Below are positions 19,933 to 29,692 of a stretch of 64,000 nt of DNA, piece by piece. The notes under the pieces are model-generated. The model searched no databases and was not told the origin of the DNA. It worked only from the letters and a program-made list of their open reading frames with translations. The position numbers and the translations under genes were made by a program. The stretch comes from Polyangiales bacterium (GTDB lineage: Bacteria; Myxococcota_A; Polyangia; Polyangiales; Polyangiaceae): assembly GCA_038230375.1 (NCBI GenBank), contig JBBRNJ010000017.1, positions 57,501 through 121,500 on the forward strand. The letters run 5' to 3'. Position 1 is the stretch's first letter, and each line of letters begins with the position of its first letter.

Positions 19933-22185
19933 ATGTCATTCGTTCGTGAATCCGTTCTCATCAACGGCAGGCCTCTCACCATGGAGACCGGCCGCCTGGC
20001 GAAGCAAGCCCACGGCGCCGTCCTCATCTCGTATGGCGACAGCATGGTTCTCGTCACCGCGGTCAGCGGCGAGGAGCGCCCCGGCCTCGATTTCTTCCCC
20101 CTCACCTGCGAGTACTTCGAGAAGACGTACGCCGCCGGCCGCATCCCCGGCGGATTCTTCAAGCGCGAAGGTCGCCAGCGCGACGACGAGATCCTCACCA
20201 GCCGCCTCATCGACCGCCCGTGCCGTCCCCTCTTCCCCGAGGGATTCAAGATGGACACGCAGGTGGTCGCGACGGTCCTCTCGAGCGACCAGGAGAACCC
20301 GACGGATGTCCTTGCGCTCACCGGCGGAAGCGCCGCGCTGCACATCTCGGACATCCCGTGGGCCGGCCCCGTGGTCGGCGTTCGCGTCTCGCGCGTGAAC
20401 GGCGAGTTCATCGCGTACCCGACGTTCGCGCAGCAGGCCGAGAGTGATCTCGATCTCGTCGTCGCGACCAGCAAGGATGGCGTCGTGATGGTCGAAGGCG
20501 GCGCCGCCGAGGCCCCCGAGGCCGACGTCATCGAAGGGCTCATGTTCGCGCAGAAGGCCGCTCAGCCGATCCTCGCGCTCATCGAGAAGCTCCGCGCCGC
20601 TGTCGGCAAGGAGAAGCGCAAGTTCGAGCCGAAGAAGCTCTCGGCCGAGATCGCGGCGATGATCCCGCCGATCGTCGACAAGCCGATCCTCGAGGCCTCG
20701 CTCATCAAGGAGAAGAAGAAGCGCTACGAGTCCTACAAGGTCGCGAAGGACGCCATGATCGCCGCCGTCATCGCGAAGGTCGGCGCCGACAAGTTCCCCG
20801 AGATCGAGAAGCTCGTGAAGGCCGAGTTCGACGAGCGCAAGTACGAGGTCGTTCGCGAGTTCGTGATGTCGCAGAACAAGCGCATCGACGGACGCGACAT
20901 GGCGACCATTCGCCCGATCATGACGGAGGCGGGCATCCTGCCGCGCGTCCACGGCTCTGCGCTCTTCCAGCGCGGTGAGACCCAGGCGATCGTCACCACG
21001 ACCCTCGGCACGTCCACGGACGAGCAGAAGATCGACGGCCTCACGGGCGAGCGCTGGAAGCGCTTCCTGCTCCACTACAACTTCCCGCCGTTCTCCACGG
21101 GCGAGACCAAGCCCATGCGCGGCCCCGGCCGCCGTGAGGTCGGCCACGGCGCTCTCGCCGAGCGCGCGCTCCTGCGGATGATGCCCGAGAAGGAGAACTT
21201 CCCGTACACCGTTCGCATCGTCTCCGAGACGCTCGAGTCCAACGGCAGCTCCTCGATGGCCGCGGTCTGCGGCGGCACGATGAGCCTCATGGACGCGGGC
21301 GTGCCGATCAAGGCGCCCGTCGCCGGCATCGCGATGGGCCTCATCTCCGACGGCAAGCGCTTCAACATCCTGAGCGACATCCTCGGCGACGAAGATCACC
21401 TCGGTGACATGGACTTCAAGGTCTGCGGTACCCACAAGGGCATCACCGCGATCCAGATGGACATCAAGATCGCGGGCCTCTCGCGCGAGATCCTCACGAA
21501 GGCGCTCGACCAGGCGCGTGAAGGCCGCATCCACATCCTCGGCAAGATGGCCGAGACGCTTGCGACGCACCGCGCGGAGCTCAACAAGTACGCGCCGCGC
21601 ATCACGACCCTCAAGGTCAAGCCGGACCAGATCCGCATCATCATCGGACCGGGCGGCAAGACCATCAAGGGCATCGTCGATCAGACCGGCGTCGCGATCG
21701 ACGTCGAGGACGACGGCACGGTCAACATTGCCTCCGCGGACTCTGACGCGGTGGCGAAGGCGATCGCGATCATCAAGGGCCTCACCACGGAGCCCGAGGT
21801 CGGTGCAGTCTACAAGGGTAGCGTCTCGCGCGTCGTCGACTTTGGCGCGTTCATCGAGATCCTCCCCGGCACCGACGGCCTCCTCCACGTCTCCGAGATG
21901 GCGCACACGCGCGTCGAGAACGTGACGGACGTCATGAAGGAAGGCGACGAGGTCGAGGTCAAGGTCATCGACGTAGGTCGCGATGGCAAGATCCGGCTCT
22001 CCCGCCGCGAGCTGCTTCCCCTCCCCGAGGGCGAAGAGGGCGAGCGCGCGAAGGAGCGCATGGCTGCAGCCCGTGAGGGTGGGCCGCCGCGTCGCGAGGG
22101 CGGTCCGGGCGGTGGTGGCGGTGGACGTGATCGCGGCCCGCGCGGCGGCGGTGGCGGTCGTGACCGCGGCCCGCGCCGTAACTGA
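19933..22185 (+). CDS. pnp: Polyribonucleotide nucleotidyltransferase
   Basis: [40 protein letters not shown] and S1 domains, Gly/Arg-rich tail. Confidence 0.98.
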   Translation: MSFVRESVLINGRPLTMETGRLAKQAHGAVLISYGDSMVLVTAVSGEERPGLDFFPLTCEYFEKTYAAGRIPGGFFKREGRQRDDEILTSRLIDRPCRPLFPEGFKMDTQVVATVLSSDQENPTDVLALTGGSAALHISDIPWAGPVVGVRVSRVNGEFIAYPTFAQQAESDLDLVVATSKDGVVMVEGGAAEAPEADVIEGLMFAQKAAQPILALIEKLRAAVGKEKRKFEPKKLSAEIAAMIPPIVDKPILEASLIKEKKKRYESYKVAKDAMIAAVIAKVGADKFPEIEKLVKAEFDERKYEVVREFVMSQNKRIDGRDMATIRPIMTEAGILPRVHGSALFQRGETQAIVTTTLGTSTDEQKIDGLTGERWKRFLLHYNFPPFSTGETKPMRGPGRREVGHGALAERALLRMMPEKENFPYTVRIVSETLESNGSSSMAAVCGGTMSLMDAGVPIKAPVAGIAMGLISDGKRFNILSDILGDEDHLGDMDFKVCGTHKGITAIQMDIKIAGLSREILTKALDQAREGRIHILGKMAETLATHRAELNKYAPRITTLKVKPDQIRIIIGPGGKTIKGIVDQTGVAIDVEDDGTVNIASADSDAVAKAIAIIKGLTTEPEVGAVYKGSVSRVVDFGAFIEILPGTDGLLHVSEMAHTRVENVTDVMKEGDEVEVKVIDVGRDGKIRLSRRELLPLPEGEEGERAKERMAAAREGGPPRREGGPGGGGGGRDRGPRGGGGGRDRGPRRN

Positions 22186-22275
22186 CACGAGAGCGTAGGC
22201 GCCATGACACAGGTGCGGGGCGCAAGCGCCTCGCGATCTGCGGCGGTTACGCCCCAGCCACGGCTCCCCGAAAGC

Positions 22276-22312
22276 GGGCGACATTCCACGGAGTGTCGCC
22301 CTCTTCTTTTTT
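22276..22312 (+). terminator. Intrinsic terminator after pnp
   Basis: GGGCGACATTCC...GAGTGTCGCCC followed by TCTTCTTTTTT. Confidence 0.85.
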
Positions 22313-22366
22313 GTCTTTGTCCACGCCTGAGATGCGGGCATCGTGCGCCCACACGAGGAGAGCGTA

Positions 22367-23359
22367 ATGAGTGAAATGACCGAGATGCTCGAGAAGATGG
22401 AACACGCCGGCCACAGCGGCGGCGGGCATGGTCACGGTGATGATCATGGCAAGAAGGGTCCGGGCAAGGGCGTCGGCGTCACGATGGCGATGCTGGGCGT
22501 GATGCTCGCGTTCTGCGCGGCCATGGTCGGCGCAAGCCGCACGGAGCTCATTCGCTACACGGTGGAGCAGTCGAACGAGTACGCCGAGTTCCAGGCCGAA
22601 TCGACGAAGTACCGCGTCATGGAAGCCGATTTCGAGATCCTCCACGCGCTCACGCCGAACAAGGCGGAGCTGAAGAAGTTCGAGGAGAAGCTCGCCTCCG
22701 TGCACAGCAAGTCCGGCAAGGGCGACGACGAGGACACCGCCGAGATCAAGGAGACCATCAGCGTCGCCACCCACGAGCTCGCCGACGTGCTCACGCCTGA
22801 CAAGGAAGACGAGGATCGCCTCGAGCGGATCGCGAAGAAGTACAAGCACGACATGGTCGAGGCGAAGGAAGACGCCGAGGCGTACGACCTGGCGATCGAG
22901 ACGTACCACGAGGCGGCAGAGGGCTACGAGCACGCGCAGCTCTGCGCGGAGATCGGCATTGTCATCGCGTCCGTCGCGCTGCTCATGGCGAGCCGGTTCG
23001 CCTGGTATGTATCGCTCGTGGTCGGCCTGGCCGGCGGCGGTTTCATCGCCAAGACCGCGATCGAGACCCACCAGCACCTCTCGGTCGCCGAAGAGAAGAT
23101 CAAGAAGGCGAAGGCCGACACCGCCGCCATCCAGAAGGACGACGAAGAGGACGACAAGGAAGAGAAGAAGGACGGCAAGCCAGAGGAGCACGGCAAGGCC
23201 GAGGAGCACGGCAAGGCCGACGAGCACGGCAAGGCCGAGGGCAAGCCCGAAGAGAAGAAGACCGAAGGCAAGCCCGAGGAGAAGAAGGCCGAAGAGAAGG
23301 CCCCCGCTCCCAGCGCGAAGCCCGAGGAGAAGAAGGCCCCCGCTCCCGAACACCACTGA
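22367..23359 (+). CDS. DUF4337-like membrane protein with His-rich N-terminus and repetitive charged tail
   Basis: SD GAGGAG; TM, then a helical region with FQAESTK, then AEIGIVIASVALL and a second TM; GKAEEH and KPEEKK repeats. Confidence 0.7.
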   Translation: MSEMTEMLEKMEHAGHSGGGHGHGDDHGKKGPGKGVGVTMAMLGVMLAFCAAMVGASRTELIRYTVEQSNEYAEFQAESTKYRVMEADFEILHALTPNKAELKKFEEKLASVHSKSGKGDDEDTAEIKETISVATHELADVLTPDKEDEDRLERIAKKYKHDMVEAKEDAEAYDLAIETYHEAAEGYEHAQLCAEIGIVIASVALLMASRFAWYVSLVVGLAGGGFIAKTAIETHQHLSVAEEKIKKAKADTAAIQKDDEEDDKEEKKDGKPEEHGKAEEHGKADEHGKAEGKPEEKKTEGKPEEKKAEEKAPAPSAKPEEKKAPAPEHH

Positions 23360-23378
23360 CGGCGAGGCCTGAACGAAC

Positions 23379-23414
23379 GACGCTGCGATTCCGAGAGGGG
23401 TCGCGGCGTTTTTC
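23379..23414 (+). terminator. Intrinsic terminator between convergent genes
   Basis: GACGCTGCGATTCC-gaga-GGGGTCGCGGCGTT followed by TTT. Confidence 0.7.
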
Positions 23415-24478
23415 TATTTCTTGTTCTTCTTCTTCAGCACGTCGATCCGCTTCTTCGCTTCGGCGGCGAGCGGCCCTTGCGGCGCGAGCTTGATGTACGC
23501 CTCGAACTCGGCGATCGCTTCCGGGAGCTTGCCGCTCTCCGCGAGGCGACCCGCAAGATAGAAGTGCGGTGGCGGCACGCTGGCGTCGAGCTTCACCGCG
23601 GACTCCAGGTCCGCGCGCGCGCCGTCCTTGTCCTTGTTCCCGAGCTTGCAGAGCGCGCGGTAGGTGCGGATCTCCGCGTTGTCCTTCTTCGCGATCGCGC
23701 GGTCCAGCGTGCCGACGCAGTCACCGAACGCGCCAACGTTCTTCTGCTCGAAGCCGATCGATGCGAGCGTGGCCGCGTCGTCCGGGGCGGCCTTGGACGC
23801 GGCGCGCAGCTTCTCTGCTGCGGCGTCAACCTCCTTCCACTTCTCCAGGTACGTGGCGTACGTGAAGAGGATCATCGCGTCGTTGCCCTTCGAGGCTTCC
23901 TCGAACTCCTTCTTCGCGCCCGCGGTGTCGTTGGTTCCCGCAAGAGCCATGGCCAGGTTTGCATGCAGCTCGGGGCGCTTGGATTTGACCAGCGCCGTGC
24001 GGCACGTGGCTGCGGCGTCCGCCCATTTCTGCTGATCCAGGTACAGCGCGGAGAGGTTTGCGGAGGCCTCGTCGAGCTCCGGCATGATCCGGAGCGCTTC
24101 CTTCAGCTCGCGCTCGGCGCCCTTGTCGTCCTTCAGCTGGTTCAAGGTGACGCCCAGGTAGTAGTGCGCCTGCGGGTCCTCCTTGTTCTTGGCGACCGCG
24201 GACTCGAACGCGGCGCGCGCGCCCGGGAGATCGCCGGACTCCAGCGCGGCCATGCCCTTCTTCACGTCCGCGTTGGACGGCGCAGCGGCTTGCGGCTTTG
24301 CGGGCGCCGTGGCGGATGCGCTCGCGGACGAGGTGGGGACGTCGTTGCCGTCGTTCGGGTGGGGACGGTCAGCCGGCTTGTCCGGGCCGCAGGCAACGAG
24401 CGCGAGCGGGAGCGCCCCGAGCGTCCCGAGCAGAGAGGCGAGAGCGAGCGTGCGAAGGCGTGGCGTTTGGGTCTTCAT
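23414..24478 (-). CDS. TPR-repeat lipoprotein
   Basis: Lipobox LVAC; repeated AHYYLG, ANLAMA and HFYLA TPR-like helices; starts 1 bp after the glnD stop. Confidence 0.85.
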   Translation of the reverse strand: MKTQTPRLRTLALASLLGTLGALPLALVACGPDKPADRPHPNDGNDVPTSSASASATAPAKPQAAAPSNADVKKGMAALESGDLPGARAAFESAVAKNKEDPQAHYYLGVTLNQLKDDKGAERELKEALRIMPELDEASANLSALYLDQQKWADAAATCRTALVKSKRPELHANLAMALAGTNDTAGAKKEFEEASKGNDAMILFTYATYLEKWKEVDAAAEKLRAASKAAPDDAATLASIGFEQKNVGAFGDCVGTLDRAIAKKDNAEIRTYRALCKLGNKDKDGARADLESAVKLDASVPPPHFYLAGRLAESGKLPEAIAEFEAYIKLAPQGPLAAEAKKRIDVLKKKNKK

Positions 24479-24479
24479 T

Positions 24480-27251
24480 CTAGGGTTCCTCTGGATTCTG
24501 CTTCTCGGGGCTGACGTTCGGCAAGGACAGCGCGGCAAGCACGCGCTCTCGGATCTCTTTGACGCGCAACGGCGAGCTCACCTTGGTGCCGTCGAGCTCG
24601 TTCACGTAGAACACGTCGGCGACCTTGTTGCCCTCCGTGTTGATCTTGGACAGCGCAATGGTCAGCGCCAGGCTCTGCAGCGTATGCGAGAGCGTGTACA
24701 GCAGGCCAGGTCTGTCCTTCGTGAAGACCTCGACGACGGTGTGCGAACGCGAGGCTCGGTCGTCGATCGTGACCTCCGTGCTGATCGCGGGGCTGGGGCG
24801 CTCGCGCCAGGGCGAACGCGTGCCCACGCGCTCCGCCAGCAGCGCCTCTGGTGTCACGGCGAGCGAGCAGAGGTCGGCGAGGTCCTTTCGGAGGCGCGGC
24901 AGCGCACGGATCACGCCAGTCACGCCATCCGCACGGTCACGCACATGGAAGATGTCGACGGCCTCCTGGCGGCCGTCCGCGAGCGGGCGCGAGTAGACCT
25001 CTGCGGCGTGCACCTCCAGGCGCGAGGCCGTGATGGCGGCGGCGATGCGCGCAAGCAGACCGACGGCGTCGTCCGCCACGATGCAGAGCTCCGTCACCTC
25101 CGGGTGCGTCCCCTCCACGATCGACACGCTCGGCACCTGACCCGTGCGCGCAAGGGCGACCTTCGCGTGCTGCACGAGCGAACCGGTCCGGGTGCCCAGG
25201 AGGTAGCGCTCCGGCATGCCCGAGAGGAACGAGGAGATGGCGCCCTGCGGCCCGCGAAACGCACGCAGCGCGTCGCCAAGGGCCCGCTGCACGCGCGCGT
25301 CGTTCTCCTCGCGCGGGAGACCCGCCAGGTACACGTCAGACGCGAAGTAGAGCTCGTCCAGCATCTTCAGCTTCCACGAGCTCATGGCAGTCGGCGACGT
25401 GGTCGTGAGATCCACGAGCGTGAGCAGGTAGAGATCGCGCAGGCCCTCACGGCCAGACACGTGGGTGACGAACTCCGCGCAGACGCGCGGCTCGTCCAGA
25501 TCGCGACGCGTGGCCACGTGGTACATCGCCAGGTGCTCGAGCACGAGCGAGCGCGCCTGCGCGACGTCCTCGGCTGCCAGACCCAGGCGCGGCAAGATCA
25601 CGTCGCACAGCTCCGCGCCCACCTTCGAGTGGTTCTTGCGCGAGCCATCCTCGTCCGGGTAGCCCTTGCCCACGTCGTGAAGCAACGTGGCCAGGAAGAG
25701 TGATCGCGGCCGCGCGACCTCCGCGGCGAGCCGCGTCGCGAGAGGACGCTCCTGCGCGAGCTCACCGCGTGACAGCGCGCGCAGGTAGTCGAGCGCCGCG
25801 ATGCTGTGAACGTCCACGGTGTACACGTGATAAATGTCGTGGTGAACACGGCCCGTAACCGGTGAGAACTCCGGGATCATCGCGAGCAGGAGGCCCACGT
25901 CATGGAGCTCGCTCAGGATGGAGCCGCCGCGCACGCGCATGTCCTTCACGGTGCAGCAGAGATCCACGAAGATCTCCGCGGCCTCGGCGCTCTCGCGAAT
26001 GGCGGTACCAAACACGGGGTCGCTCGCGGCGCGGCGGATCGCCTCGCGCGAGAACGGCAGCGGCGGGATGTCGTGGCGTTTGCATGCAGCATACATGCGA
26101 AGCGCGAGCGCCGGATCGTGCCCCAGATCCTCTGCCGCGATGGTGGCCTGACCGTCGAACGAGCGGACCCCCTGCCCCAGGTCCACCTCGATGGGCTTAC
26201 CGCGCCGACGCGGCGGTACGGCGCGCATGAGCATCTGATCGCGCGCGCGGAGGATCGTGCGGGCATGACGGTAGTAGTCCTGCATGAAGCGCTCGGCCGC
26301 CAGACCCGCAGACTCCTCGTCGCCGTAGGCGAGCTCCACGCCGATGGACTCCTGCGCGTCGAACGTGAGCCGGTCGGCACGACGTCCCGCGGTCTTGTGC
26401 AGGCGGTTGCGGACGCGCCAGAGGAAGTCTTCAGCGCGCTTGATCTCGAGCGCCTCGCGCGGGAGGAGCGCGCCCACGCGAACGAGCTTGTCCCAGACGG
26501 AGTGGTCGACCGGGTCGCCTTCCTCGCTCACCTGGAAGCGGGCGGATGCAGCCCACCGAGCGACATCCAGATCGCGCAGACCGCCCGCGCCGTTCTTCAC
26601 GTCGGGCTCGAGGAGGTAGACGGAGCCGCCGAAGCGAGCGTGCCGTTTCTCGCCCTCCTCCTCGAGGCGCTCGGCGAAGCGCGCGATCTTGCCCTCGCTG
26701 AAGATCCCGTCGCGCGCGCGCAGCGAGAGCTCCGCGGGAAGGTCCGCGTCGCCCATGAGCCGGCGCAGATCGAGCAGGCTCGTCGCGGTGGCGAGGTCCG
26801 TCTCCGCGAGCACGAGCTGATCGTCCACCGTCACGACCTGATGGCCCACGGTCAGCCCTGCGTCCCACATCGGATAGAGGAGCGCCTCTGCGAAAGACTG
26901 CGCGGCCTCCGTCCTGCCGCGGTTCACGATGAGTCGTACGTCTGCGTCGCTGCCAAGGGCGATGGCGCCGCGCCCATAGCTGCCAACGGCCGTGAGCGAG
27001 ACCGGGCCGAATGGCTGATGCTCCGTCGCCGCCGCAGCTGCGTAGAGCGCCATGATCACGCCGTCGATCACCTTGGCGTGCGCGCGACCGAGCGCGAGGC
27101 CGCTGGGGCCGGGCGTGTCGAGGCGCTCCGTGGGACCGAGCCTTTGGGAGAGCTCGCTGCGATGCCGCGTGACGTAGTCGCGCATCTCCGCGCCGAGCGG
27201 GGCCGAGAGACGGACGAGGCGATCCTCCGGGCCAGACAGTAGGCGACTCAC
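24480..27251 (-). CDS. glnD: [Protein-PII] uridylyltransferase/uridylyl-removing enzyme
   Basis: AVGSYGRG...SDAD, EPDVKNGAGGLRD, YHVYTVDVH, HDVGKG, two ACT domains (DRPGLL). Confidence 0.95.
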   Translation of the reverse strand: MSRLLSGPEDRLVRLSAPLGAEMRDYVTRHRSELSQRLGPTERLDTPGPSGLALGRAHAKVIDGVIMALYAAAAATEHQPFGPVSLTAVGSYGRGAIALGSDADVRLIVNRGRTEAAQSFAEALLYPMWDAGLTVGHQVVTVDDQLVLAETDLATATSLLDLRRLMGDADLPAELSLRARDGIFSEGKIARFAERLEEEGEKRHARFGGSVYLLEPDVKNGAGGLRDLDVARWAASARFQVSEEGDPVDHSVWDKLVRVGALLPREALEIKRAEDFLWRVRNRLHKTAGRRADRLTFDAQESIGVELAYGDEESAGLAAERFMQDYYRHARTILRARDQMLMRAVPPRRRGKPIEVDLGQGVRSFDGQATIAAEDLGHDPALALRMYAACKRHDIPPLPFSREAIRRAASDPVFGTAIRESAEAAEIFVDLCCTVKDMRVRGGSILSELHDVGLLLAMIPEFSPVTGRVHHDIYHVYTVDVHSIAALDYLRALSRGELAQERPLATRLAAEVARPRSLFLATLLHDVGKGYPDEDGSRKNHSKVGAELCDVILPRLGLAAEDVAQARSLVLEHLAMYHVATRRDLDEPRVCAEFVTHVSGREGLRDLYLLTLVDLTTTSPTAMSSWKLKMLDELYFASDVYLAGLPREENDARVQRALGDALRAFRGPQGAISSFLSGMPERYLLGTRTGSLVQHAKVALARTGQVPSVSIVEGTHPEVTELCIVADDAVGLLARIAAAITASRLEVHAAEVYSRPLADGRQEAVDIFHVRDRADGVTGVIRALPRLRKDLADLCSLAVTPEALLAERVGTRSPWRERPSPAISTEVTIDDRASRSHTVVEVFTKDRPGLLYTLSHTLQSLALTIALSKINTEGNKVADVFYVNELDGTKVSSPLRVKEIRERVLAALSLPNVSPEKQNPEEP

Positions 27252-27296
27252 CCGGCGAAACTTACCCCAGGCGGGGGAGCGACGCGATTATAGCCT

Positions 27297-27325
27297 TTGC
27301 AAATGTGCCTCAGTTGACCTACCGT
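27297..27325 (+). promoter_or_regulatory. Sigma70-type promoter of the OmpA lipoprotein; a divergent TATAAT (27287-27292, minus strand) lies next to it
   Basis: TTGCAA-17 bp-TACCGT. Confidence 0.55.
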
Positions 27326-27390
27326 CGCCTGCGTTCTGGGGCAAGGCCAGTCGCGGCGCCCTTCACTTACCCTCGTAGGAGGCATTTCGG

Positions 27391-28098
27391 ATGTCGAAGA
27401 AGCTGGTTTTCCCCCTGATCGCGGTGCTCTCCCTGGGCCTCGCAGCGTCTTTCAACGGCTGCACCTGCGGCGCAGAAGCCAAGGTCGGCGACCAGGCGAA
27501 GACGCCGCCCCCGCCGCCCCCGCCGCCGCCCCCGGCGTCCACCACGCCGCCGCCCCCGCCGCCGCCGCCTCCGCCGCCCCCGGCGAAGCCGAAGGTCGCG
27601 ATGACCGGCAGGGCCACGATGGTCGGCAACCAGATCAAGATCCCGGGCGAGGTCGAGTTCGACTCGGGCAAGTCCAAGATCAAGGAGACGCCCGCGACGC
27701 TCGAGATCCTGAAGACTCTTGCGGAAGTGATGACGACGAACAAGAACGTCACCAAGCTCCGCGTCGAAGGTCACACGGACAACGTCGGCAAGGACGCGGA
27801 CAACGCCAAGCTGTCGCAGGAGCGCGCTGACTCTGTCGCCGCGTGGCTCGCCGCGCACGGCGTCGAGAAGGCCCGCCTGCACACGGTCGGCTTCGGCTCG
27901 ACCAAGCCGATCGCGGACAACGGCACGGCGGAGGGCAAGCAGCTCAACCGCCGCGTGATGTACCACGTCGAAGAGCTCGAGGGGAAGCCGGCGCCGGAAG
28001 AGGCCACGTCCACCCCGGCCCCGATGACCACTGCGGTTCCCAGCGCAGCGCCCTCAACGAAGCCCGCGCCGTCGGCCTCGGCCCCGAAGAAGCCCTAG
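27391..28098 (+). CDS. OmpA/MotB-family peptidoglycan-binding lipoprotein with polyproline linker
   Basis: SD AGGAGG; FNGC lipobox; VEGHTD, LSQERA, NRRV. Confidence 0.9.
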   Translation: MSKKLVFPLIAVLSLGLAASFNGCTCGAEAKVGDQAKTPPPPPPPPPPASTTPPPPPPPPPPPPAKPKVAMTGRATMVGNQIKIPGEVEFDSGKSKIKETPATLEILKTLAEVMTTNKNVTKLRVEGHTDNVGKDADNAKLSQERADSVAAWLAAHGVEKARLHTVGFGSTKPIADNGTAEGKQLNRRVMYHVEELEGKPAPEEATSTPAPMTTAVPSAAPSTKPAPSASAPKKP

Positions 28099-28116
28099 CG
28101 ACTCATCGCAGAAGAG

Positions 28117-28155
28117 GAAGAAGCCGCGCCCCCAAAAAGGGACGCGGCTTTTTTC
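28117..28155. terminator. Bidirectional intrinsic terminator
   Basis: GAAGAAGCCGCG...CGCGGCTTTTTTC between convergent genes. A second perfect IR, CCTTCAACGC-AA-GCGTTGAAGG, is at 28171-28192. Confidence 0.8.
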
Positions 28156-28195
28156 ATTCACCAAACGAGCCCTTCAACGCAAGCGTTGAAGGCGT

Positions 28196-28984
28196 TCAAC
28201 CTCCGAAGGCTTTGCAGCTCAGCGCGCTGGGCGCAAAGGAGAGGCCGCTGTCGCACTTCATCGTGTTGTTCGGATCGCAGAACGGCGCGGCGTCGGTGCA
28301 TTGGTTGCTCGCGGTGCACGGTGTGCCGGAGCCCTTCTTCGCGGTGCACACCCCGAGGCAGTAGAGGTCCGAGGTGCAGAGCTTCTCGGCGTTGCACGGT
28401 TCGTTCAGCTTGGGACGCGCGGTGCAGATGTTGGGCGTGCCCGCAGCGCAATAGCTCGACGTGTCGCAGACGTCGCCAGGGTTGCCGCAGGGATCGCTCA
28501 ACGCCTTGTCGACCTTGGTCGCGCAGAACTTCTTGTCGCAGATGAATGAGCCGGTGCAGTCGGCGTCCACGGTGCACGCCTGGTTCTTGTCTGCCGTGCC
28601 CAGGAACACCTTGTTGCAGACGGCCTGCGCGGCCTTGAAGTCCGCCGGGGCGATCGTGCGGAGCGCGTAGATCTTGTTCACCTGGTCGATGCAGGCCTGC
28701 GCGCCACCAGAGGTGTACTTGCGCGTGGTGCCCGTGACGCTGAAGATGTCCGTCTCGGCAGCGGCGCTGCCACCAGCGAGCGCATTGCAGTGCGCCGTGC
28801 GAGCCGTCTTGCACGCGTCGACGGTGTTGCCGCAGACCATGGCGATGTTGTTGCACTCCGCAGCCGCGACCGCGGTGCAGAAGGAGCTGGCGTCCGGGAA
28901 CGGAGGCGCAGCGGAGTCAGACGAACACGCGACCACCGCAACGGCAGCCACGAAAGCAGATCCAAGAAGCCAACCAATTCGCAT
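28196..28984 (-). CDS. Cys-rich lipoprotein with repeated C-x5-C-x4/5-C modules
   Basis: SD GGAGG; VVAC lipobox; ACTVDADC, PCNAEKLC, PCTASNQC. Confidence 0.8.
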   Translation of the reverse strand: MRIGWLLGSAFVAAVAVVACSSDSAAPPFPDASSFCTAVAAAECNNIAMVCGNTVDACKTARTAHCNALAGGSAAAETDIFSVTGTTRKYTSGGAQACIDQVNKIYALRTIAPADFKAAQAVCNKVFLGTADKNQACTVDADCTGSFICDKKFCATKVDKALSDPCGNPGDVCDTSSYCAAGTPNICTARPKLNEPCNAEKLCTSDLYCLGVCTAKKGSGTPCTASNQCTDAAPFCDPNNTMKCDSGLSFAPSALSCKAFGG

Positions 28985-29100
28985 TCTCGCCTCCGAAGAA
29001 AAAAGGGAACTCACAGCAGTGTAGACGACCTTTGGACGAATTGCGGCAATGAACCATGCAGTCGACCCAAGGGCTGGGCTGCGCGGGCGTCGAAGAAAGC

Positions 29101-29427
29101 ATGAATACTCCGTCAGCCCGTCGCCGCATTCTCCCCTCCGCCCTGGCCGTCGTTGTTGCCTCCGCGCTGCTGAGCCTTCCTGCCACGGCCTTCGCCCAGG
29201 GCGCAAAGCCAGCCGCCGCGGCCACGACCACGACTACCGGCGACTACTCCGAGAACCGCACGGACGGGAGCGCTGTGGTCGTCTTCAAGGAAGACGCCGT
29301 TGGTGCGGGTGGTTCTGCAGCATTTGGTGGCACCATTCTCCGTCCGCCGGGAGCCACGCGCGTCGGCCTCCTGCGCCCGCGCTTCAATTTCGTGAGCGAG
29401 ATGCTGAAGAGCGTGGAGACCCTGTAG
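29101..29427 (+). CDS. Small secreted protein, CglF/GltF-like (gliding motility family)
   Basis: Signal peptide AFA-Q; F.ED and C-terminal LLRPRFNFVSEMLKSVETL resemble myxobacterial CglF-type C-termini (from memory, not searched). Confidence 0.6.
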   Translation: MNTPSARRRILPSALAVVVASALLSLPATAFAQGAKPAAAATTTTTGDYSENRTDGSAVVVFKEDAVGAGGSAAFGGTILRPPGATRVGLLRPRFNFVSEMLKSVETL

Positions 29428-29562
29428 GTCCCCGCAGACGCGAATCGCCGCCACGGCGATCGGTCGCCAGGCGGGTGCTGAAGAACGCTGGACAGAGGCG
29501 CGCCCTCCTGTGCTAGAGACCCTCTCCGTTTCGGCCCTGGGCATCACGCCCGGGGACACCTC

Positions 29563-29646
29563 GCGAAGGTGGCGGAATTGGCAGACGCACTGGATTCAGG
29601 TTCCAGCGGGGTAACTCCTGTACGGGTTCAACTCCCGTCCTTCGCA
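29563..29646 (+). tRNA. tRNA-Leu(CAG), CCA not encoded
   Basis: Acceptor stem GCGAAGG/CCTTCGC; anticodon arm CTGGA-ttCAGgt-TCCAG; long variable arm; T-arm ACGGG-TTCAACT-CCCGT. Confidence 0.97.
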
Positions 29647-29692
29647 CTCAGCATCATCGACACTGGCCGGCGCGCACAGTCCGAGCCCCGCG

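Noticed and set aside
6725..22341. Very long antisense ORFs (e.g. 6725-9823, 11755-13608, 19936-22341)
   Set aside because: Shadow ORFs opposite well-supported genes, expected from high GC3; no recognisable motifs.
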